DNA from: Octopus bimaculoides
Taxonomy: Eukaryota
Direction of reading: 5' to 3'
DNA: 46,128 nt
NCBI RefSeq assembly: GCF_001194135.2
Contig: NC_068981.1
Coordinates: forward strand, 44,466,741 to 44,512,868
Below are positions 36,248 to 46,128 of this stretch, piece by piece. Positions within the stretch are counted from its first letter, which is position 1; each line of letters starts with the position of its first letter. The translations under genes and the position numbers were made by a program. The notes beneath the pieces were generated by a model. It did not search any database and was not told the origin of the DNA. It saw only the letters and a list, made by a program, of their open reading frames with translations.

Positions 36248-38565
36248 NNNNNNNNNNNNNNNNNNNNNNNNNNNNNNNNNNNNNNNNNNNNNNNNNNNNN
36301 NNNNNNNNNNNNNNNNNNNNNNNNNNNNNNNNNNNNNNNNNNNNNNNNNNNNNNNNNNNNNNNNNNNNNNNNNNNNNNNNNNNNNNNNNNNNNNNNNNNN
36401 NNNNNNNNNNNNNNNNNNNNNNNNNNNNNNNNNNNNNNNNNNNNNNNNNNNNNNNNNNNNNNNNNNNNNNNNNNNNNNNNNNNNNNNNNNNNNNNNNNNN
36501 NNNNNNNNNNNNNNNNNNNNNNNNNNNNNNNNNNNNNNNNNNNNNNNNNNNNNNNNNNNNNNNNNNNNNNNNNNNNNNNNNNNNNNNNNNTATATATATA
36601 TATATATATATGTGTGTGTGATTTAATGTACACAGTGTACGGTTAATAGCACATGCTGGGAGTGATAGTTACGTTGAGTGACTCTCTCTCTCTTTCTTTC
36701 TCTCTACACACACACACATACATAGTCATAAATAAATGTCTGTAGAGTGGGATTTCACAGTAGACGTCGAAGAAAAATGATTTTATATGTCGAACTAGTT
36801 ATGGTCATTGACTCACATCAAGAATAACTGTTAGACGTAGTTATTTTTTTTAACCTGCCACCGGACACTCTAGCAAAAGAACATTAACGCTTATGTCTCT
36901 AAACATACATTTTGTAATGCAATAGTTCGAAGGACAGGTCGAGACTAGTTTTAATAGCTCAGAATTTCCAAACTATCTAAACAGTAGTAGACAATAAGTT
37001 TTCAATGAAACTACATGCAATTTGGTTGTATAGAATATGATATGTGCAGTATGTATTTCCACCGAATAAATCTTTTCAAATCTATCCCTCTGCCTGTCGA
37101 TGTATATATGTATCTACCAACACACACACACACACACACACACAGAGGCACACACACACACACATAATTAATTCACAAGACGGAGTGTAACTAGAAGCAT
37201 TTACTAGTGCAACAATCGTTTTTCGCTTCATTCTCCACTGCTTCCTAGTGCGCGTCGGACAATTTAACGACACCATATACAATGCACAGTGCAAAAGAGC
37301 CTCATCAGGTGACGTAAGATGCTTTAAAAATTATCAGATTTAAATTTGATTTTCGCGTCGTTATATGCTGATGTTGAAATGCCAGCAGTTCAGACATATT
37401 TGTTAAAGTGAGGAAGATGTGGTGAAGAAGACAATTAAAGAATAACAATACAAAGCATCTAATATAAATAACTGTGGCCAAGCAGTCATAAAACATAATC
37501 TTGTTGCCCTAGATTGATTATCTCGATTCATAGCAGTCTTTTTGCAGGCTTGATGCGGGGCTGGTTTCACTAGTATACATAATCCACATATGCTCTCTAT
37601 CCTTTGAAACTGCAACGAATTTTGTATTTTGGTACAAATATAACGCGTTATTCACTCTTTTTCTTCTTTGGAAGAATGATCGACATGTTCACTTTCATGG
37701 TAGGAGTGACATTCACCTATTTTGGAAAATAGCTTAAGTCATGTAAAGCATGTTCAAAGCTGTACTTTAAATAGCATGCTTAAAGAATTTTGCAAAAGTA
37801 TATTTTCTCAACATGCTTCATTTGCGTAAATAAGATTATTCTTTTATAGATCTCTCTGACGATGGAATAAAATGCAGATACATGGATAGCTATCGCTTTC
37901 CTCCAAATGCTCCATTGGCGCATCTCTTCTTGAAACAACACCAAGTGCGTTTCCGCACACCTGTCTTTTTCCTTTTTTCTTATGATCTATACTAATGTAA
38001 CAACTCACCCATCATGTTTACTGATATAAATGTCATAATCTAACCTGTTACACCTTGCTTTTATTCATTATACTTCTATCTCATTATACATATGCCTGAT
38101 CAATTGCTAAACTAACTATGCCCACTATACACAATCGTCATTATGCAAAAATAAAATTTTCCTTTTAGCTGTTGTTGAAGCTGAGATTTTAACGTCAAGT
38201 CAACTGTGATCACTATATGTATATACCCATTACTTTGTCTCTTCCTGTCTAACTAATCTTGTCCATCCAGTCGCCATGATTGACCGCTAACTCAAAAAGT
38301 TTTCTTTTTATTCTGTTTATTTCCTCGCGTTCCTATCTGTTGAAGAGTGTAGGCTCAAAACGTAAAATCCTTTCTCACCTTCCCGAGTGTTATTGTACAC
38401 CTGTGTTCGTCTTTTGTTTTTCTGTAAATTTCAGCTATATATATAAATATATATANNNNNNNNNNNNNNNNNNNNNNNNNNNNNNNNNNNNNNNNNNNNN
38501 NNNNNNNNNNNNNNNNNNNNNNNNNNNNNNNNNNNNNNNNNNNNNNNNNNNNNNNNNNNNNNNNN

Positions 38566-38599
<34 letters not shown>

Positions 38600-38669
38600 T
38601 GTATGTGCGTGTATTTATGTATTTATCCGCGTACGTGTGTGTATATGACTACGTACCTATGTGTACCTT

Positions 38670-38865
38670 TGTGTTTGTTTGTGTCCCCACCACAGCTCGA
38701 CTACCACCGCTTGTTTGTTTACTTCGAATTAACTTAGCCATCCCTCAAAATGAGTGAAAGAATAAGTACCACTTTCAAAATGTATTGAGATCAAGTTGAT
38801 CCTCAAGGACTCTTCATGGTAGTGCCCCGGTATGGCCCTGATCCAATGACTAAAAGTAATAAAAT
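38670..38865 (+). mobile_element. SINE family B tail, diverged
   Basis: GTTTGTGTCCCCACCACAGCTCGAC...TAACTTAGC...AGAATAAGTAC...TATGGCC...ATGACTAAAAG. Confidence 0.65.
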
Positions 38866-39743
38866 ATAATAAATAAATATACTTGTATACCTATAATTCT
38901 GCTACGAGTTAAATTTTAATATTTTCGTTTAAGTTTATATTTATTTCCAATGAAATTTGATATTTTTTATACAATATATTTTGCGATCATAGTCATGTTT
39001 TTGGTGGCATTTACCAAAAGTATAAAGCACATGATGCTTGAAGATGACAAGGATCCGTACATGCTTCTATGTACACGGTATTAATGTTTACGTAATATTT
39101 TAATTACAGAGTAAGCTCTGTTGTGAAACGCAAGTAGATAACTTGTTTAGGTTAGGCTTACTTCACCCCATCTTTGAAGATATGCAAATATTCCGAAATT
39201 CAATCGAACCTTTATGTTTAGCTAAAGATATTGCAAAATATCACTACATCTATACATACACGTGAATGTGAGTTGGTCGACAGAGTTGCAAAATATATTC
39301 AGTAGCTGAAAAAATGTTTCTTATATGGGTATGAATAATAATTCTTTCTGAAGTGTTGGACAAAAACTTCAGTTTATATAGTCAGGTGATAAGCAGCAAA
39401 ATTCAACATTTGCTAAAGAAAACGTGCTTTGAAGTGAGAAATATCGATTATGTAAACATAACAGGAACGTAATATATTTAAAACAAGCACAGAAAAATAT
39501 ATTTCGATATGCACACATAGATAAGTACATGCATATGTGTGTGCGCATTTATATATGCAACAAATAGGTACGTTACCGTACATGTACATATATATTAACA
39601 TATCCACACACTGTGTACATAAATTGACTTATACACACATACCCATATATATTTATATAGATAGAGTGATAAATTGAATATTAATTCAATTTAAAATCAA
39701 GTGGCCTAGCATATATACAAATTTGAAAATTCAGAAAAAATTG

Positions 39744-39930
39744 TATTACACGTGTATGAAGTGATGACCACTAGGTAGACATCCAATATGCTAGAAGGAG
39801 TTCATGAAAGACCCAACCACAAAGAAAAATGTTCTCCAACATTATTTTTCTTTGCGGTTGGGTCGTTCATGACCTCCTTCTAGCATATTGGATGTTCATC
39901 TAGTGGTCATCACTTCATACACGTGTAATA
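39744..39930. mobile_element. Near-perfect 187-bp palindromic element (MITE-like, TA-flanked)
   Basis: Arms of about 87 bp beginning TATTACACGTGTATGAAGTGATGACCACTAG differ at only 6 positions by manual comparison. Both ends lie in TA dinucleotides. Confidence 0.85.
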
Positions 39931-42129
39931 TATATATATATATATATATATATTGATAGGATCACTAAAACACGAACTCACTCATTATGAGATAAAAATC
40001 ATCGTTTAATGAAATATGTGAGCTACTCTGTTTAGTGCTCAGATAATGCAGTATTTCGATGGGTTTGTATAGTGTACAGTGCTCGATCCGTGAATCATGC
40101 AGGTTCACATAACATGGTGACTCTTTGGGTAAACGAGGAAAGAACGAAAGAAATACAAAAAGAATACAACACGAGATGTAAAAAAAAAGACAACTTAAAA
40201 AAAAATTAAAGAAATTGCTTAGTGAAAATGCAATAAATTCCATTTTTGGAATTTAAAGCTGTTAAATAAGGAATATTGTTAAAGAATATTTCAACTACGT
40301 GCAGTCATCTAAAGAAACTATGCCTACGTCTGAGTGGGCTGTCGAATATCGGAAAAGTAAAAGTGCAATCTGGTGGGTAAGGATTTTTCTGAACAGTTTT
40401 AAAATTCATACTTTCGTGCTCCACGTTACACTGGATTTCTTTTCCTAAACCCCATGATGTTACGCACTCATATTCTTTTATTTCTTTTTAAAGAATTATC
40501 TAATCCACTTAAAATTCTTTGGGAATTGTCTTTTCTTTGCCAAACATTAATATTCTGATATACACATATACGTATTCATATCTTATTAGATAGAAAATTA
40601 TATATGATGTAAACATTCACACTTATAACAAACTAATACGCAAACTCACAAATTCATACATACGTATGCATATAAGTTTGGTGTAATCGTGTAGGTGAAA
40701 GTAAGTTTGTATAAATGCACTTTATCGCACGCTTATTCATATGTGTATGCAATTGCCTGTATTTATTTTATCTTAAACAATTCTATAGTCAATTATAATG
40801 ATTTTTTTTTATCGACAGAAAAAAGAAAGACATTATTTAAGAATGTACAATCAAAAGACTTGTATAAACAGTTTTTCAACGAAAACTTCATATTGATTTT
40901 TTATGGTTTCTATTTTAAAAATTTGCTGAGATAAATGAAGTGTCTAAGAATGACACTATTAAATCTTATGTGCCCTGGGTTCGTTTTAAATAGTATGCAA
41001 AATATTCACTTCTCTAATCATTTAGATATTCTGTCTGCTTGTTTGCAGAAAATAAAGGCAAACAGAAAATTATTGAAATGAACAACAATGAAAAGCAAAA
41101 ATATATAATAAAATATAATTACAATAAAACTTGGTCTCTGTTGTTATTATGTCTTACTGAACACACAGCAGTCATAATATTCATTGTTCTTCAATAGCAT
41201 CAGCTATTTGCTTTCAGCTTCTCACACACAATAAATAAGGGCGAAGCCGTCTTTATAATTTAGTCCTAGATAGTGGTACTTACGTTACCGTACATTCAAA
41301 GTAGTAGGAATAAACATGTTTTACAATAACTGTTTTTTTTTTAATCACGATATATTTCGAGATGTCATTGCCATTTAAAAACCTTTTGTTGAAATAAATT
41401 TAGCAATTAAATATTAGTTATGTAGATTGAAATTTAAGGCATGGTGTTTAACTCAACATCCCTAGTCAATGAAAATCAAGTGTATTGTACTGCACTACAA
41501 TGGTTTTATCTTATGAAATTCTGCTTCTTATTGTGTTTCATATTATCTGAGACTAGAGTGTCTTAAATATGGAAATAGCGCTTCAGACTACAATTGGAAA
41601 AAATAAATATATTTAGTTTGAGACAAGTATATTTTAAAGATTTTTGGTAATAGTTTTATTAACTTTTAATTCCTAATATATTTTCCAACATATTATATAC
41701 TAACGGAACAACTAAATTCGAACTTTCCATAGTTATAGATTCATCCAATGTGCAGAATTTCCAGAAAGTTCCATATTGGGAAGTTTACTATATGCTGTTA
41801 CTAATACTCGAGATCTGAGTTTAAATAATCTTGAGTTTTCAGATATAATCTCATTAGCTGTATCAGAAATTTCATCATTTGAGAGATCTATCGTAAAAGC
41901 TAGCTCAGCTAATTTATACTCTTCCAGATAAAAATATTATGGTGGGATCAGTGTCCAGATAAATTATCACAATGCTAGGGTAAAACAAAAAATGGCATCT
42001 ATTCAGCGCTGCAAGGAGAAACAAATGCCTCTTCAACGAAATCGTGTTTGGTGTTAACGTTATGTAGAGACGAGAGAAGCGAAGCAAAACATTGTGAGAA
42101 AATATAATTTAGATATGTATATAGATACC

Positions 42130-43450
42130 TTAATTCGCAAGCATTATAATGTGATTTACTAGTGGTACTTGTGTTTTGGGGATACGTGACTCTAAAATTA
42201 TTGCGATCCGAAAAGCGTGTTTTGGGAATATAAATGGTCGGTAGGCACTAGGAAAAATATTTTGCACTGTGGCAGGTTTCAATACTGGAGCTAGCAGTTT
42301 ACTATACAATGTCTCAATAGTACATAATATTTGTAGGGTGTTATGCTGCAAATAAGCGAATGAATTGTTTCTACTAAGCAATCGCAGATGTGGCTCACTC
42401 ATACTGTAAATGACCCGACCAAGAAATGCTTGGTAGCACAGAAAAAAGCTGGAACGTGGATGTGTGCAAGTTTAATTGAATTATAGACCTTGAGGAGCAA
42501 ATAAACGATGGAGGTAGGAGGCGTGCAGAAGATGAATTTCGCTGTTGTAGGAGAGCGGAGAATGAAAATAATCGGCGCCAAGATGGTCGTCTCAATTTAT
42601 TGCTTTTGTTTTAGAAGATAGAGGATAGATGAATAAATGAGTAAGCAGTTACAGATTCACCTCAATCACGTAGATATCAGTGCAAAATACATCCATGTCT
42701 ACATATTTGTCATCCGATTTGGCTACGATATCGAGCGAGTTACGATGGCATAGAAATGCAGAGAGTTCAAGATGCTAATGTGATTTAAAGGATTCTTATA
42801 GTTAAGGCTATCACGTGCTATGGCACTACGTGGTAAATGGATTAAAAAAACACTCTACTTGTCCTTGGATTCATTGTTACCAATGGCTGACCAATGCGGC
42901 TTAAAGAGCAATCAGAATTACTTAGTTGACCAAGCTGGAACTGAACACTACGAGCAGTCAAATGTATAGAGTATACGCCGAGGTTTTGGCATATGTGAGT
43001 GGTCTCTCGGAATAGAATAGGTAATTTTTTATTTTGGTGCAACCTGTGAGGGGGACGAGAGCTGTTTGGATTGTATGGTTTGAGTTTAATTTGAAGTTGT
43101 TCGTGGAGATTATGTATAACATCTATGTATCCCGGGTAGATATATTTGTGAGTTTCAGTGGAGATGAGATTCGAAAGTTATTAAGCATCTCGGTAGTGTC
43201 CAGCAGTAAAGAGAGTAAAACGTTTTTTGGGCATTGATACCAACTTTTGAGAAAAACTGTGGAGTGTCATAAGACGTGTGTATGTGAAATAAAAACTAAA
43301 TCCAGTTTTGTGTATAAAACTTTTGGGAATTCCACGGGCGAGTGGAATATTGAAAAGAGGGTCAGAGACATAGTGAAAGAAGTTAAAACTCAAAGAAACA
43401 GGAATGCAAATCTATTTGATTTTATACTGTAAGAAAGAATAGTGAGATCT
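42130..43450 (-). mobile_element. Old CR1/L2-group LINE ORF2 remnant (APE endonuclease, linker, start of RT)
   Basis: Peptides occur in the expected order on the minus strand: SDPLFNIP..PKSFIHKTGFSFY (EN), NSDCSL (SDH-like), RRPSW...SIIQL, LAPVL...IFPSA...FIFPK...RIAI (RT start). Heavily frameshifted, recognised by motif recall only. Confidence 0.5.
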
Positions 43451-45476
43451 AAGCATTTAAGATATTGGTCATTCCTCGAAGAAAAACAAAGAGTAAAAAC
43501 AGAAACTGTTCTGTAGAAACAATTTTAGAGTGGCGACTTATACACTTCATGATGGTGTTTTAATGTCGCTCTAGGTGTAGCTGCAATAGAGTCGTATATA
43601 TTTCTGCTACTATATGGAGTATATTTACATAGTTAATACTGAAGTGAGTGGCATTACTGACTCCTTGCCGAATTATGACATAACTGGTATAATTATACAC
43701 AATCAAATACGTCAATCAGAGTATGTGTTACATCTGAAATATTTCCTCTTTATTTTTAGTGTATGCACTTACATATCCACAGGAACAAAGACATTCCTGT
43801 TTGTATATATTCTCTTTGCACTCCAGTATGTTTTGACTTCGAGCGGATGCATAATAACTTTTCCATGGATTCAGTTTATGTTTTTTCTCCTTTCTTTAAA
43901 ACTTATTTCGTTTGTAATATCAGCATGTGATATATCTTGAAAGATACATTTACTGTTAATTTTTAGATTTTCTTCAAATTATGATATGTATAATTAAAGT
44001 TTCCAAACGTTCCTTGCTGTAAGTTTACTTCAATAAAAGCTTCATCCATTAGACATATTTCATCCTATACTTGTTCCAAATTATATTTGCAGGTGGTTCC
44101 CTATATATAACCTCATAAATATTGTATATTTCGTTATAGTCAATACAATTTATCAATTTTGTGTTTGTGTGCGTCTTTCTTTGCAAATTTATTTTAAGAA
44201 TTTATTTCTCATTTTTTTGTTACTGCAATATTTTTGTTTCAAAATTGAATGTAAAATATTTAGGCGTATCGAGATCCTTTCCTACAGAGTTACATATAAA
44301 TTATTCTTTATAAATAGCTACATTAAAATTTCATTCCAAGTTTTCCGACATCGCGATAAGTATTTTTCATGATAATCACTATTTCTATTCCATTAAACAT
44401 TATAAATATTACTTTAAGCAGTTTTAAATCAACATAACTTTTATTCATATTTATTCGTTTGTACTGTTTATTCATTTATACTGTTATATAATATAAAGGT
44501 ATACGAGTTTAGAAAAAGTGCAAGTTACTATATTTTCTAGAAATAACATTCTAAACTTCTGTGAACGCAGACAATCTTCCATTTGTCGAAACTCTAATTG
44601 TTCACGTGGCATGATATTATTTTGAAAGGTAAAACACCCATGGGACTATGAGTGCGTAGCTCATACGGCAATTTGCTTGTTACTACTTTAACATACTTCC
44701 TCAACATACATCAATTCCTCTTAACTGGATACGAATATATCCTAAACAACTCAATCAAAAGTTTTAATTCATTTAATAGCAAGTTACATTAGAAAGCGAA
44801 GTAAAAAAGTAAAAACAAGCCGTATATGGTAGCTCGACTATAGAAATTTTTACTAGTAGAAATAACAGCCAAATACTCCTCCAAGCACCCTCTTCAGTCA
44901 TTTTAAAATGTGACACTGTTTAATATGATTTTTGTTTATAGCTTAATCAGGGTGGAACAGGCTGTTCTTAAGTTTATTCTGAGAAACCGACAGTGGTGGG
45001 ATGAAGTGAGAAAGTTATTATAAAACGGATATCGAACCCGAGTATTTTCAACAAACAGAACTCCACTAAAATTACATAAAACAGGAGAGGTTTGTTTAAC
45101 CGGGTGACAAATGTAATTTAACACTAAATAACTCAGAGTGAAAAGTCAGAACAAATACTACAAGCAGTTATTAGACACTTGACAAAGAAACACACCCACG
45201 CATTAACACACTTTTACACACAAATATTAAAAACAAACGCTCAGCCATCAGATCTCTCGTTTATTGAGGTTTATAGAAATTGCCTGCAGAAGCCATATGA
45301 AAATGAGTCGCCAGTTCAACAAAATCATATGAAGAATGAGATTGATTGATCTTTATCGGAACCCCCACATTCTAGTTTCAGAGTTCACTTATTAGTATAT
45401 TGGAGAGCGTTTACATAATTGTTGGACTAAAAACATGTAGAGTCTAGAGGGAATAAAATAACAGTTCTTTTAGTGT

Positions 45477-45477
<1 letters not shown>

Positions 45478-45527
<50 letters not shown>

Positions 45528-45544
45528 CTCTATCTCTCTATCTC

Positions 45545-45586
<42 letters not shown>

Positions 45587-45645
45587 CGTGTGTGTGTATG
45601 TGTATGTGTGTGTGTGTGCGTGCGTGTGTGTGTGTTTGTGTGTGT
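45478..45645. repeat. Compound (TCTA)n-(TC)n-(TG)n microsatellite
   Basis: Read directly from the sequence. Confidence 0.97.
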
Positions 45646-45650
45646 AATAA

Positions 45651-45931
45651 TATAAGGGTCAGTAAGAATAAGTGTTTTGAAATATGTATTACATGAGATT
45701 AACAAAACTTTGGGACTAGGTATGTGAGGATGTGAAGGAAGCAATGTATAAATGGTTGCACGACCAAACGAAAATCTTCTTCTTGTAGGGAATACGCAAG
45801 GTTGTGGACCGCTGGACTAAGTGTATCGAAAACGAAGGAGAATATATAGAAAACTAACTTGTTTATCCCCTGTTTTGTGTAAATACATTACAAAACCAGG
45901 AGTACTTATACTTTTCTTACACTCCACCGTA
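45651..45931 (+). mobile_element. Internally deleted mariner element (transposase C-terminus plus right end)
   Basis: 45729-45857 reads DVKEAMYKWLHDQTKIFFL*GIRKVVDRWTKCIENEGEYIEN*, a typical mariner C-terminus. Ends ATACTTTTCTTACACTCCACCG-TA. The TIR-like left end AGGGTCAGTAAGAATAAGT is poorly conserved. Confidence 0.8.
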
Positions 45932-45936
45932 TATAT

Positions 45937-46092
45937 ACTGGTTGTGTGGTAAGTAGCTACCTTACCAACCACATGGTTCCGCGTTCAGTCCTACTGCCTG
46001 GCGCCTTGGGCAAGTGTCTTCTACTATAGCCTCGGGTCGACCAAAGCCTTGTCAATGGATTTGGTAGAGGGAAGCTGAAAGAAGCCCGTCGT
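45937..46092 (+). mobile_element. SINE family B 5' half (tRNA-like head plus CORE-like block), running into the (TA) linker at the window end
   Basis: TGGTTGTGTGGTAAG (A-box-like), GTTCAGTCC (B-box-like), CCTTGGGCAAGTGTCTTCTACTATAGCCTCGGG, then GAAAGAAGCCCGTCGTATAT. Confidence 0.9.
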
Positions 46093-46128
46093 ATATATGT
46101 ATGTATGTATATATATATATATATATAT

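Noticed and set aside
12722-36646. Long ORFs (100-283 aa) in the ORF track running through X stretches
   Set aside because: They are open only because N-gaps and dinucleotide repeats contain no stops.
41730-41935. About 66 stop-free minus-strand codons (YLEEYKLAELAF...) followed by an LDES-like motif in another frame
   Set aside because: No in-frame acceptor or start; hAT-like resemblance is too vague to support.

Overview
This is AT-rich animal genomic DNA, almost certainly intronic or intergenic. It is most likely from an octopus or other coleoid cephalopod, judged from tRNA-headed SINE sequences I recognise as octopus-type and from dense (TA)n/(CA)n/(TCTA)n microsatellites. There are 8 N-gaps (about 2.9 kb in total). 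No prokaryotic genes, rRNA, real tRNA or CRISPR arrays are present, and most ORF-track entries are microsatellite or N-gap artefacts. Supported content: a Penelope-like retroelement (RT C-terminus plus GIY-YIG, minus strand) ending in a minimal type I hammerhead ribozyme; two complementary halves of a Tc1-type transposon with DD36E spacing; remnants of hAT, R4/Dong-like, CR1/L2-like and mariner elements; about 15 SINE copies from at least four modular families; and two ~190-bp foldback hairpin elements. There is also a probable terminal coding exon of an unidentified minus-strand host gene ending in ...FQNPYY*. I did not find a convincing novel multi-gene system. The best leads are the ribozyme, the DD36E transposon, the hairpins and the candidate exons. 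All family assignments come from manual translation and motif recall; no database searches were run.
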